A stretch of 64,000 nt of DNA from positions 1 through 64,000 of the forward strand of contig JAHLWZ010000511.1 in assembly GCA_020536535.1 (NCBI GenBank), read 5' to 3'. The translations under genes were made by a program, and so were the position numbers. Positions within the stretch are counted from its first letter, which is position 1; each line of letters starts with the position of its first letter. Under the pieces are notes generated by a model. The model was given only the letters and a program-made list of their open reading frames with translations, ran no database searches and had not been told where the DNA came from. This DNA comes from Pelomyxa schiedti (lineage: Eukaryota > Protista > Evosea). This document shows positions 47,608 to 60,949 of this stretch, piece after piece.

Positions 47608-50270
47608 ATATGTGCACCCTCACCTGACACAGTGCGCCAGTAACCGCACCAGAGTCTGAAGAAGAGTCAGCCAAAGTGGAAAAAAAGAAAAGAAAAAAAT
47701 AAGCCATGGGTTGGTTGCAGTGGTTTCTTCTTCTTCATCATCATCTTTCAATATCCTTCTGATCATCCAAAAAAAAGTGGGCCCAATCTTTTTTCATTCG
47801 TTCATTCGTTCATTCAGTTCATTCAGTCCATACATCCAGATGCAAACCAAGCAAAGATGCAATGCAACGCAACGCAACGCAACGCAATTGGGCGCCATGA
47901 TCATCAGTCATCATCAATGAATGCTGTCTTCTCTTCCAAAATCCAAAAAAAAAGAAATCAAAAGGAAAGCTTGCTTTTCAGCCATGGGAGATATCTATCT
48001 GTTTCAGTTATCTTCTGTTCTGTTCCACAGTCTTCTTCTTCTTCTTCCTCTTCATCATCGTCGTCATCAGGATCGTCAACAGCTCAATTCTCCTCTTTCA
48101 ATGATGCATGGTTCCCCACAGTCTTCTTCTTCTTCTTTTTCGTCATTGCCATCGCCGTCAGGCTCGTCACGTCATCAAATCATCGCGCGAGTCATCAGTC
48201 AGAGGGGAAGAAAAAAAAAAAAAAACGTCAAGCCAAAAGGAAAGATGTCAGTCGATTCAGAGATTCGATGCTTCTTCTTCTTCTTCCATCTCTGTTCTCT
48301 GTTCTCTGTTCTCCGTCTCAAAGTCTTTGTCTTCTCAGCTCAGCTCAGCTGGCACACTGTCCCCTGCCTGAGAATTTCTGGGCTGGGCAAGGCTCCAAAA
48401 AACCCAAAGCAAAAACCAAACGCCAGAGAGAGAGAGGAGCCAAGCAAGCAAGCACCAAAGAGAGAAAAACGCCAAAATGGATGTGGCTCCGACTCCCCTA
48501 TGGTGTACCTGTACGAGGTGTGCCGATAATTGAAGACGATCGTTGTTCGCTGTGGACCTATCAGTAGGATCTCAAAACGACGTGGGTTCTCGTGGCACAG
48601 AAGGCCCGTCCCGTTTGCGTGTGTCTGCGGTTCCGCCTGTTTTCCTGTTTGATTGTTCTCGCCTTCACCGAACCAATTCCTCTTTGTGTCTCTCGAGACA
48701 CTCCCGTAGCTTGCACAAAGAAACAGTTGCGAAAACAGCAACTTTGTGGTGGATTGAGTGAAGGGCTGGGTTCGATGCAAGGGCATCGGCAAATAGCCTC
48801 TTTACTGGATACCTTTCTTTTCGCTGGTCGTGTGTCTGTTTCCACTTCTGCCTCTGGCATCCTCGTTGTTGCCAACGGGTGATCACCTGAGGCGCTGGGC
48901 AATAACTCGTTGGTGAAATGGACTGCTGTTTCTCTCAGGTGCAATAAAAAGTGGATGACAACAATTCCCAAATGAAACAATGCAAGAGCCCGCGAAAGAG
49001 CTGGAAATTCCTTCCAATAGAACGTTCCACAAGCAGGCTATGACAATGCCAATGGAGTTTAACTGTAAACAACTTGCTGAAACCTCACGGAAGCTTCAGT
49101 GAAAACGAATATCCCTTTTGAGGGGTGTTGACTTGACTAAGCTACTTGGCACCCCAGCTGCAGGTGTTCCATCTCACTGAGTTTTCATCCAGTCTGCATT
49201 TACTCAGGTTTGCTCTGCCTAGGTCCTATGTTTATTGGGATAAATGCACAAGTACTTATGTTTCCTCCGCCTCAGGATGTTCTGTGCTGTTGGGTACCAC
49301 TCTCCGTGCGGTATTATTCTCGTATCGACCCAGAGCTGAGGTTTTTTCACCAATAGGAGGGAACACGAAATTGATATTGTGTCAAAAACGACACCATCAA
49401 GGGACCCAAGCTCTAACGACATTGGAAGCGTTCTCTCCATCCTGACTTAAAAAAAACCATTGATTAAGACTGAATTCAAAGCTTGGCTCCGGTTCCTGGT
49501 ATTTACATCTTGCACTGTCCCCCACCCTCCTTTTTTTTCAGTTTTAGAACTATTTCCCCATTTTTTTTCTAAAACCAGGAAGGAAACCCAAGCATTAAAG
49601 TGCACATGGTACGAACATTCCAAAGCACGTGCACATGCACTTGAAGTATAATTTGTACACAGAGGCTAAACGGCTTCAGTAGACAAAATACTTTTTTTTT
49701 TATGTGACAGTTGTAATAAACAACACAAGAATCCATATTGATGATTTTGCTCAACTGGATCCTGTTTTTCTTTGTTTCATAATTTGGTGTATCAAGGAGG
49801 AGTACCTTTTGATTTGGGAGTGGGAGAAACTGCAAATGGGAATGGTTAGGAGGTAAGTGAGAACTTTTTCTAGAGGTACCTTTTTGGGTGACAAGTTTCT
49901 TCAGCAGCCGTGTTGTAAAGGAAGCCTGAGCAATATTGGCAACAGAATATCCCAATGTGGCCACCGCCTCCACTCCTTCAGTTCGTTCTTTGTCGGCGGC
50001 ACTTTGGTTTTGATTCGGAGTTGCAATTTTGAATTTTGTATTTTGTGTGTGAAAAACGCACCTATTGTTATTATCTGCATGCAGTGTCTCTTCAGTGGCA
50101 GCAAGGATGTTTTTGCTGGCATTGGTTATAGACCCCCATACATTTTCTTTTTTTTTTTTGCATTAGTGGGTGGAGTGAGATGAATGAATTTAACACGCAC
50201 GGGCACCCTGGACCGATGCAGAAGCAACTTCCTTTGCGCCAGAGAGGGCATTGGGTTCTGGCAAAGGCAT

Positions 50271-50370
50271 NNNNNNNNNNNNNNNNNNNNNNNNNNNNNN
50301 NNNNNNNNNNNNNNNNNNNNNNNNNNNNNNNNNNNNNNNNNNNNNNNNNNNNNNNNNNNNNNNNNNNNNN
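50271..50370. other. Assembly gap (100 N)
   Basis: Run of N. Confidence 1.
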
Positions 50371-50672
50371 TAAGCAGAAGCTACTTCATGGCAAGCAAAG
50401 TGGATTCGTGGCACTTTGTTCCAGCAGAAGCATGTCCCAGCCGTGGTGAAACCCATGTATATTCAACAAATGACTTGGATCATGTATCACAAGTGTTCGT
50501 GCATGACCCAGATTCTGTGACCAGAGTCTCTGATGGCCTGATAGCAATCCAGTGCCAAAAACACATTGACCTGCTTGATGCCCTGACTGGCCGTTGGCTG
50601 TGGCGCCAGGCTGCCCCTCTTGATACTCAGGACATTCTCTATATGAATAACCTCAGGCTCTCCTCGTTCTAG
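50371..50672 (+). CDS. 3' part of another copy of the 42835-44010 gene, with the 5' end in the gap
   Basis: Translation SRSYFMASKVDSW...NNLRLSSF* is identical to the C-terminus of 42835-44010. Confidence 0.75.
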
Positions 50673-53600
50673 TCATGAATTCCAAAAAAAAAAAACGGTT
50701 TGCAGATGCTGAACCGACATTCAAATAATTTGTTCTTGCAGTGCACATCTTCAGTCCAGAATTTGCTATCCCCAGAGAGTTTTATGTGCTGAATCTTGAA
50801 GAAGTCATTACAGTGTATCTGATTGTGGTTCAGAGGACAAAAGAGTGGGTGACACATTTTCAGCAGGGAAGCACTGCCACTGTTTTCAAGATGTATGTAG
50901 TTCTTGGCCAAATAGACAAACAGGAAGCAAGCTGAATGATAGCCATAACTATGCCGAAGACTAGTTGGCTAGTTGTTCTACCATATGAATATGATTGGGG
51001 ACTTTAGGTGAGATGCTCTTCACAGACTGAAGGACTTTCGGAGTCCAGAAGAAATATTGCCAGTTAGTACCCTTTTTTTTCTGGCATTTCCACCATGTAA
51101 GGTGGATCCCAGATTTGCGCTCCTGTCAGCACTGGCCTCTTGCCAAACTTGTACTGGTTTGGGTGGAGTTGAGATAATAACCCTGGATCCCTGGCAGCAA
51201 AGTTCACCAGAACCAAACAAATGCCATTACTGTAATGTATGGAGGAGCAGTAGAGTAGGAAATGTGTGTTGCTTGTATTTCCTGTCACACGTACAATGTG
51301 CAACCAAGCTACGCTTGATTCGTGAACACTCCTCAAATTCTTGAGTTGGGTGGGGTGTGGTTGACTAGTTAGCACTTGAACCGGAATTCAAATGGTGATG
51401 TTGATTTTCCTGTCTGGGGTCCCCAGTGTATGCCTATGTTTTCGGCTGAGGATTCACGAAAGGAGCCTGATGTCCATCCCGGGGTTGTATGACCACAGTC
51501 CTGCCATCCAGTAGAGTGGCAAGTTGTATGCCCTTCAGGTGCCCTGGTCAATTTAAGAGATAAAAGGGTGGTCCACTTTAAATTATGGGTGCCAATGAAA
51601 CGCTGCAGGAAAGGGGAGTGAAGAAAAACGGAACAGACCAGGAAGCACAATGGGTTCTTTTGGTGACCCAGTCAGACCAAACCGGAATGGAATCTCCTGC
51701 ACTGGGAAGTGAGTCCAAGAGATTCACAGGAGTGTGTGGCGAGTTGTTCCCTGCCTCCATTAAAAGAATAAAGCTCCATTTTAGATTGTGAGGTCAGAAC
51801 AAGCCTTCCAAGAGTGGGAACCACAGGGAACACCCCACGATAAAAAAGCCATGCTTGGGTATAGACATCACATTACTGCTTTCTCAGTGTCTTTTGAAAG
51901 TTGACAGAAAGCAATTCCACAGGTACGCCCACTCACATTGAATGGAACCAATGGCGAATATTGTCACCATGCTCTAGCCCCCAGAGCGGAGAGGAGGAAA
52001 ATCTTGTCTCTCGTCACTTTACGAGGAGTTGACTGCAAGTATCGAACATATTCAACGCTCACAGCGATCTGGTGCCTGGGGTGCCCAATGAATGGTAATG
52101 GCGCTCAAAGAAGTTGTAAAACGTGTTTGGTTATCACCAAAAGACTCTTGTTGTCCACCTTCACAATAGTTCGTATCTTGGAGTGCAGAACTCTCCAGTT
52201 TGGGCTCTCATATTACTTTCGGCTGAAGTTGCAGCGTTGTGCCATCTATTTTGCCTGCGGCATTTCCCAAACACTACAATGCAGCTTAGCTGTAGCACTC
52301 CTGCACAGTAACAAAAAAAGAGGAACGTGTAAAGCTGGGAGTTCTTGTAAATCCGTTCACGTTGCTCAATGGGACGATATTTTCTGATCCACGGGTAACC
52401 TTCCTTCACTCTACCTGAATGAATTGTCAAAGTTGAAGCCAAACTCGGGCCGTTCATGTAATATGTTTCATTTCTCGGGACTGCAAGATGCATGTCTCAG
52501 GTTTAGGCTGATGATGGGAATTTCATTACAGAACTGGCCCTTTTTCGGTTTGAGTTGGGGTAAGAACTGTGGATCCCTGGCGGCAAGTTTTGATGTTCAT
52601 TAGCACCCAGTTAGGATGGACAAGGTGCATGTCCCTCAGGAAGCATAATGCACACTGCCCCATTTAATAGATAAAAGTGGTCCATGTTAAATCATGGGTG
52701 TGACGGAAGGTGACAGAAACAGGAGACACGTAGTTTTTTTGGGTCTTTGAATTGTGGCTTCAGTTCTAGGATAGTAATTATCAGCCCGGAAGTTATACCG
52801 ATAAGAATACATCGCCTCGCCTCCTATCACACAATGGTATCCAGGTCGACAAGAATCCAGTCACAAGGAGAGTTATAACATTGTGGAATCGCGATTATGG
52901 CTGTGGAAAGTGACATTGTGGAATTGTGTTATCAGCTGGCACTCAAGAAGGCAGCATAGATTCTGACTGGCACATCCAAAGTAAAGCTGCACAGCATTTG
53001 GAGACAGAACCTGGAAAGTCAGAGAAGAAGAAGAAGAAGAAGCAAAGCAGGGCACATGTGTATCCCTCACGCAGCCCTCAAAACGGCAGTGGGAGTGGAC
53101 TGGGTAATTTTGCTGGTGTGTTTTGTTGTGCCGGTGTTTCAACACCGCGCTGTATCTCTGGGGACTGTTTTGTTGGAGAGAACATGATCACGGGGTGGAT
53201 GGAATCATCGAACTGAAGTCATGGACAGTGCCAGGTGATGAGGAAGCCACAGGGGTCAGATTCACGGAGGCCTTCTTCGAGGAGAATATCGATGGAGGCC
53301 TGGGACCACACTGATTCCAGTTAAAACGCTGGGGAGCCTCGTATAGTGGCAGTGATGGCACAACCGCAGGGAGCACTAATACCATCATTTAGTTATGTAT
53401 GGTATGGTTGATGCCTTTCCCACCACACAAAATTTCAGCTTAAGTGGGCGATACTTGAAGAACAAGGGAGAAACAAACCACCTTCATGGATGCATCCCCT
53501 TTGTTCCAGACTTACTGGAGTGATCCTCAATCTCACCAAGGACTAAATCCTCCAAAACATCTTCCTCATGGCCACAAGTATTTGGGAGTCTTTCTCATGG

Positions 53601-54459
53601 CATACCCGCAATTTATGATGCCTGTGCCCTCTTCGATATGGCAAACAATGTGCCAACCTCCTCTCATGACTATAAGGCCCAGTTCAGGTTTAAGAACACC
53701 CACAAGCCAACTAGAAGTGTTCCTCACTCAATACACAATTCCTATTTTTTTTGTAAAGTGAAACTCCATGAACGCAATGGGGCCACTTCCCATAGAAAAA
53801 CCGAATTAAATTACTAAAGTAATTTTAAATTGAAGTTAAAATACATAGCCTTGTATTTTTGACGTGGTCCCAGATCTCTGAATTTGGGTGTGCAGGATCC
53901 TTGTGCTGAATATCATGCTGCCCGCGCTAATCTCATTGCAGAGAGCATGCTGCCAGTGCTGGAAATGCTCAGCTTAGTGCCAAAAGTATCCACTTGGCTT
54001 CTTCTCTGGCTCTTGGTTTCCAGGTTCTGTCTCCAAATGCTGTGCAGCTTTACTTTGGATGTGCCAGTCAGAATCTATGCTGCCTTCTGGTCTGAAAGCT
54101 GCGCCAGTGTGTGACATCCATCTGAAGTGTTGTTTGTTAGTTCTTCCATTGACCAGGAACACCTCACCACAGCATGTAGCATTCCACAATTGGTGAGCAG
54201 GGCATTGTGTAATGGAAAGTTTTCTCATAAAAACGGCACACTGCCAGACCCAGAAGTTCTCTCAGAGCTTTCTCTGTTTTGAGGTTGTCCTTCTGCTGTT
54301 TATGATTACACAACCAAAGAGAGTCTCAGGCTGCATTACGTGTGTTCCGAGATTTGAGGAAGAGGAGCAAGATGTTTACACAGCTGTCTCATTTCTAAAG
54401 ATAGTTTATAAGGTAAAATATTGAGGTGGGTGAAAAGCTGTACTTGGTGGTACTTGCAT

Positions 54460-55160
54460 ATATGTGCACCCTCACCTGACACAGTGCACCAGTAACACAC
54501 CAGAGTCTGAAGAAGAGTCAGCCAAAGTCCCACCACACAACCTGGCCTTCTTTTTTTTTTTTTTTTTTTTGTTGTTGTTGTTGTTGTTGTTGTTAGGAGA
54601 GTGAGTGGAGATCATCATCATCATCATACTTTGCGTTGCTGGTGTCCAAAGCCATGGCAAAAGTGGGCGATGCACATATATATATGTGTAATATGTGCAC
54701 CCTCACCTGACACAGTGCGCCAGTAACCGCACCAGAGTCTGAAGAAGAGTCAGCCAAAGTGGAAAAAAAGAAAAGAAAAAAATAAGCCATGGGTTGGTTG
54801 CAGTGGTTTCTTCTTCTTCTTCTTCTTCTTCATCATCTTTCAATATCCTTCTGATCATCCAAAAAAAAAGTGGGCCCAATCTTTTTTCATTCGTTCATTC
54901 GTTCATTCAGTCCATACATCCAGATGCACATATATATCTCTATGTGCAATAATATGTGCACCCTCACCTGACACAGAGAGTCTGAAGAAGAGTCAGCCAA
55001 AGTGGAAAAAAAGAAAAGAAAAAATAAGCCATGGGTTGGTTGCAGTGGTTTCTTCTTCTTCTTCTTCTTCTTCATCATCTTTCTCATCCAAAAAAAAAGT
55101 GGGCCCAATCTTTTTCCATTCGTTCATTTGTTCATTCAGTCCATACATCCAGATGCAAAC
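54460..55160. repeat. Three degenerate tandem copies of a 230-260-bp unit; a single copy is at about 47608
   Basis: ATATGTGCACCCTCACCTGACACAG...GAGTCTGAAGAAGAGTCAGCCAAAGT recurs at about 54460, 54691 and 54952. Confidence 0.8.
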
Positions 55161-55329
55161 CAAGCAAAGATGCAATGCAATGCAACGCAACGCAATTGGG
55201 CGCCGTGATCATCAGTCATCATCAATGAATGCTGTCTTCTCTTCCAAAATCCAAAATCCAAAAAAAAAAAAAAATCAAAAGGAAAGCTTGCTTTTCAGCC
55301 ATGGGAGATATCTATCTGTTTCAGTTATC

Positions 55330-55478
55330 TTCTGTTCTGTTCTGTTCTGTTCTGTTCTGTTCTGTTCTGTTCCGTTCCGTTCCGTTCCGTTCCGTTCCGT
55401 TCCGTTCCGTTCCGTTCCGTTCCGTTCCGTTCCGTTCCGTTCCGTTCCGTTCTGTTCCGTTCTGTTCCGTTCTGTTCC
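55330..55478. repeat. Compound pentanucleotide microsatellite (TTCTG)n(TTCCG)n
   Basis: About 30 units read directly. The paralogous site at about 48012 has only about 3 units. Confidence 0.95.
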
Positions 55479-58349
55479 ACAGTCTTCTTCTTCTTCCTCC
55501 TCCTCTTCATCATCGTCGTCGTCATCAGGATCATCAACAGCTCAATCAACAAGTCTCTCCTCTTTCAATGATGCATGGTTCCCCACAGTCTTCTTCTTTC
55601 TTCTTCTTCTTCTTCTTCTTTTTCGTCATTGCCATCGCCGTCAGGCTCGTCACGTCATCAAATCATCGCGCGAGTCAAGTCAGTCAGAGGGGAAGAAAAA
55701 AAAAAAAAAAAGAAAAAACGTCAAGCCAAAAGGAAAGATGTCAGTCGATTCAGAGATTCGATGCTTCTTCTGCGTCTTCTTCTTCTTCTCTTCTTCTTCT
55801 GTTTCTTCTTCTTCCATCTCTGTTCTCTATCTCAAAGTCTTTGTCTTCTCAGCTCAGCTCAGCTGGCACACTGTCCCCTGTCTGTGAATTTCTGGGCTGG
55901 GCAGGGCTCCAAAAAACCCAAAGCAAAAACCAAACGCCAGAGAGAGAGAGAGAGGAGCCCAGCAAGCACCAAAGAGAGAAAAACGCCAAAAATGGGTGGG
56001 GTCCGACCCCCCTATGGTGCACTGTGGGCCGTGGGCCGTTCACATTGATGACGATGATAGTTTAACTGCGGAGCTCTCAGTAAGATCTCAAAACGACGTG
56101 GGTTCTCGTGGCACAAGAAGGACAGTGCGCGTTTGCGTGTCTCTGGCGGTTCCTACCTGTTTTCCTGTTTGATTGTTCTCGCCCTTCACCGAACCAATTC
56201 CTCTTTGGTTTTGTTACGCTTCGTGGTACGAGTCACTCCCGTAGCTTTCACAGCGAACAGTTGCTCAAAACAGCAACTTTGTGGTGGATTGAGTGAAGGG
56301 CTGGGTTCGATGCAAGGGCATCGGCAAACAGCCTCTTTACTGGATACCTTGCTTTTCGATGGTCGTGTGTCTGTTTCCACTTCTGCCTCTGGCATCCATC
56401 TCGTTGTTGCCACGGGGGATCCCACGTACTCGTTTGGTGACACGGACCGCTGTTTCTCTCAGGTACAACAAAAAGTGGATGACAACAATTCCCAGATGAA
56501 ACAAATGCAAGAGCACGCGAGGGAGCTGGAAATTCCTTCCAATAGAACGTTCCACAAGCAGGCTATGACAATGCCAATGGAGTTCGACTGCTAAACAACT
56601 TGGCTGAATAAAAAAAACACCAGACCGCCAATCCTGAGCGACGTAAAGGAAAATGACAGCGTTCCGGTCCGTTGATTATTTTATTCAGCCACTTGCTGAA
56701 ACCTCACGGAAGCTTCAGTGAGAACGAATATCCCTTTTGAGGGGTGTGGACTTGACTAAGCTACTTGGCACCCCAGCTGCCCAGGTGTTCAATCTCACTG
56801 AGTTTTCATCCAGTCCGCATTTACTCAGGTTTACTCTGCCTCTGTTTATTGGGATAAATGCACAAAGTACTTGTGTTTCCTCCGCCTCAAGATGTTCTGT
56901 GTGCTGTAGGGTACCACTCTCCGTGCGATATTATTCTCCTATCGATCCAGAGTCGATGTTTTCTCTCCCATAGGTGGGCACAGGAAGTTGATGTTGTGTC
57001 AAAAAGCGACACCGTCAAGGGACCCAAGCTCCAACGACATCGGAAGCGTTCTCTCTCCGCTGTTATCCTTACTTAAAGAAACCATTGATGAAGACTGAAT
57101 TCAAAACTTGGCTCTGGTTCCTGGTATTTGCATCTTGCACTGTCCCCCACCCTCCTTTTTTTTCAGTTTTAGAACTTTTTTCTAAAACCAGGAAACCCAA
57201 GCGTTAAAGTGCACATGGGACGAACATCCCAAAGCACATGCATGCACTTGAAGTATAATTTGGACACAGAGGCTAAACGGCTTCAGAACGACAATCTTCT
57301 CTTTTTTTGTTATGTGACATTTTGTAACAACAAACACAAGAAGCCATATTCATGATTTGGCTCAGCTGGATCCTGTTTTTCTTTGTTTCATAAATTTGGT
57401 GTATCAAGGAGGAGTACCTTTTGGATCTGGGAGTGGGAGAAACTGCAAACGAGAATTGTTAGGAGATAAGTAAGAACTGTATCTACATGTACCTTTTTTG
57501 GGTGACAAGTTTCTTCAGCAGCCGTGTTGTAAAGGAAGCCTGAGCAATATTGGCAACAGAATATACCAATGTGGCCACCGCCTTCAGTTCGTTCTTTGTT
57601 GGTGGCACTTTGTTTTTGAATTTTGTATTTTGTGTGAAAAAAGCACCTATTATTATTTCCATTCCCCACTTTAGGCAAAATTGGACTGCACCCCTTCGCC
57701 AGTGTCCACTGTTGAGTCCGGAGTTATGAGCTGCTCACGCTCACTACAGTTTGTATTAAGCCATTAGCATCTGCTCTAAGGTGTGGATGCAATTGGCTTT
57801 GTAATTTGCAACAGAGCAATCCTACTTGACTCCACATTCATTCAATAGGGCAGCGCTTGCTCTGACACAAGAGAATGTGTGCAAGAGATGCTAGTTTTGG
57901 AAAATCTTGGCTATGGGCACGAAATGTTGCATTTTCCACAATGGAAAATGGTTGCAGACCACCAACAGCAGATGAGTTGTGCAAGGCTTTGTTTGATTCA
58001 ACTTAGCTTTGGCAGTGTGATGCTGATTGTTGTCTCACAAGGCTCTTTTTCAGGTGTAAAACACAGTGCTAATTCTGAGTGAACATCACAGAGATGATGC
58101 AGCATTGACGAAGCGGATTTCTTGTAGTCGAGAGGAGCAGATTCCTTCCTCCCGCCTCTCCAGCTGTGCCTTCTTTCGGGGATCGGTTTCCTCTTTCGAC
58201 AAAGAGCCAATATCCTTATCCTGGTTCCTCCATCCCGACTCCCCATTCTATCGGGGAGTACTATCCTTGTCCTCCTTCTTCGTTGACGAGCGATGTCTGA
58301 ATCCCCCTCCTCCTTCTATCGAGGATTGGTTTCTTCAATCTTACGATTA

Positions 58350-58626
58350 GGGGAAAATCGATTTTTCTCCTGAACAGCAGGGTTCTGGGCCCTCCAGTGG
58401 GGCCCCTTGGGCAATGCTCAACAACACCGAACAACACAACCGCACACCCACGGGCAAGCAGGGCTTGCTGGGGAGATATCTCTTTGTGTTGGATAGCACA
58501 ATTTTACCGGAAGGGGAAAATCGATTTTTCTGGTGAACAGCAGGGTTCTGGGCCCCCAGCAGTGCCCCTTGGGCAATGTTTGACAACACCCAACAACACA
58601 ACGACACACACCCACGGGCAAGCAGG
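58350..58626. repeat. Direct repeat of about 114 bp, two copies with a 163-bp period
   Basis: GGGGAAAATCGATTTTTCT...CCCACGGGCAAGCAGG at about 58350 and 58513. Confidence 0.8.
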
Positions 58627-59639
58627 CACTGTTGGGGACTCACACTTTTTGGCATCAATGGCAGAAAAGGTCCTGGTTCTCTGTACCCTGTGAAGGGAAA
58701 ATTCTGAAATGTCTGGACCACATCTGGACCAGACACGTTCTACCGTTTCGTGGTCTTTCCAGCCTCTGAGGAGCATCACATGGCAAGATCCAAAGACCCA
58801 AAAAATGAAAAGTGTGAGTCCAAATATTTATTTTAGGTGGTATGGTGAAAGTGTGCTGCAGATGTGGGGCTCGCCAACAAATCTGTTTTGTAGTGTAGTT
58901 CGAAAGGAACCGATCCTCTCGAGGAAGGATTCTGCAGTGCGTTGCTTATAAGCCCAGGTTCTTCTCGTGAATTCCAAGTATTCAGTGGACCCACAGCACA
59001 GCATCACGTGTCATTGAATTCCCAGAAGTTGTGGGTCGCTCACCGTGATTCCCTTTTTCAGGGAAATTCCCCTGTGCGTCCAGAGAGGGGTATGTACATG
59101 TACGTTCCCGGTGCAATGATGGTCGTGAGTGTCAAGAGGCGAGACGGCAGGGGATGGATGTGAGGCCAAAATAATGGTGTTGCGTTGCGTTGCGTATTCT
59201 TCTTCATAACCACCATAGATATCTTACAGCAGCCGGGTTAGACAACTGATTGTGCGTCACTCCTGATACTCCACATTGTTATTATAATAATTAATATTAA
59301 AATTAATATTAATATAATATCACACCCACACAACACACGAGGGTCTTATTAACCAGGAACCCAACCCAGTCAAAAGTCTTCTCTCTTCCTACCTGGAGAA
59401 TTCGGCTGCTCCCCACAAGGTGGAACATGAGAACAACAACACGATTCAGCCCACGACATCCCTCCCAATCTCAAACAAGATGGCCACATGTGACTGGCAG
59501 TGCCAGCACACGATCACCCACCAAAAATCAACCAATCACGGCCATCAAGCCACACCCGTCAAAAATTGAGTTTTAGGTAAGGTGTATTAGCAGTTTGGGT
59601 TCTGTTGATTTTCAATCTCGCCTCAGGTCGTGTGGAGTT

Positions 59640-60602
59640 TCAGAACACGAAGTCACTCAAAACAGTAGACAAGTGTGGTACCTGGTGCATCCCCTGCATA
59701 GATGCCTGCATGTCGTTGCATACGCCAGGCCACACTGTGCCCAGAAGTGAAGCACCAGGCTTGATGTATTTCAGGAGGTGTGCTGTTAACACAGAATTGG
59801 GGCGGATACTGTCACCTCCAAACGAACTGCGTCCAGGCTGGCAACCGTAAAGAATTGCCCACTCCGGTCGAAACTCCTGAGACCTGAGGTCTGCAACAAA
59901 CTTGGCAACAGAAGCATCGTCTGCAGCGTGCGCAATGTTCTCGGCTGGCGGTGTGGCTGTGGCTTGTTCCCCCACTGTTGTGGTCGTGATAATCGGTGCG
60001 CATATTCCCTTGGGAACGGCCTCCGAGCGAGTGGGAGAGAAACGGCACGCGTCAATCAGTGCCAGCACTCTCCCAGCAGCTTTTGGCTTTCCCACTTCAC
60101 CAAGGAACTTGATAATAACATCTCCGACGCGCACCTCATCTCGGTTGCGCATTTGAAGGTAGGTGTGTCCCCCTTCCTGACGACCGTGGCCAGAAAAATA
60201 TAACACCTAAGAAAAGGTGAAACAATGATGGTTTGACGAGAGGGAACGTACAACGCTGGCATCCTTCCCAGTACTTGCAATAGCCGTATCGATGAGGTTA
60301 TAGAAGGCGTTCGAGCTTACGATGTCATCTTCACCGATAATGGTGAAACCGCAAAGTTGAAGTGCTTCTTTCATCGCAGCAGAGTCCTCCATTGAATAAA
60401 GCTTATTTGTTGGGTCCTCGTTACCAATAACAACAGCAATTTTCGGAAAAGGCCCCACAGAGGGTGGAGTAGAAGAAGAAGAAGAAGAAGAAGGCTATGG
60501 GTTGTGAGCCAGGCTTCCAATAGAAAACAAGAGGAAGAATGAGAAAAAGACCTGTCCGTTAACCACTGCCCTCACTTCCACTGCGGAATTGGTGGTGTCC
60601 AT
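59640..60602 (-). CDS. Stand-alone caspase-fold peptidase C14 (paracaspase/orthocaspase-like), 286 aa
   Basis: Exons 60552-60602, 60252-60494 and 59640-60206. Motifs KIAVVIGNED, VLYFSGHG, LIDACR, AILYGCQPG, NSVLTAHLLKYI and HQVP. Confidence 0.88.
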
Positions 60603-60949
60603 TTTTCTACTACTTTTTGAAAATGTAAAAAAAGTTCGTTTATATAAAAAATACAAATTTACCAAAACGAAGAAACTCTTGGAAGGAGGACATACATTTC
60701 TTTCACATACATTTCTTTTTTTCGTGTAAATAACTTTTTTAAATTTTATTTATTTCCTTATATTTATTGAGAAGGAAAAAAAAAAACACCAAAAAAGAGG
60801 AAAAACGTGTTTATAAAAAACACGTTTAGGAACACTGTCAATGTTTTTTAACAAAAATTGGAAGAGTACCAGGCAGTTGGCAATCATAAATGACAGGAGT
60901 ATGTCCATTTTTCTGTTTCACAAATGGTTCATTTTTTTTTTTTTTAACA

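Larger units (their letters stand above)
43708..57650. repeat. Rearranged tandem segmental duplication (about 43.7-50.1 kb versus about 50.4-57.65 kb) of degraded gene fragments
   Basis: Long matching blocks: 43708-45800 with 50371-52860, and 46861-50070 with 54002-57650. Blocks 52950-53260 and 53545-53715 are inverted copies of about 46430-46945. Many stops and indels. Confidence 0.85.

Noticed and set aside
49569-49973. KVLLLDTP resembling a GTPase G3 motif (also near 57400)
   Set aside because: No P-loop was found and the frame is broken, so the evidence is too weak to call.
54460-55478. Repeated units resembling a CRISPR array, and SVPFR/NGTER repeat ORFs
   Set aside because: The context is eukaryotic, the units are long and degenerate without unique spacers, there are no cas genes, and the ORFs are translated microsatellite.
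59281-59320. AT-only palindromic tract (TTAATATTAA twice)
   Set aside because: It is short and low in complexity, with no supporting context.
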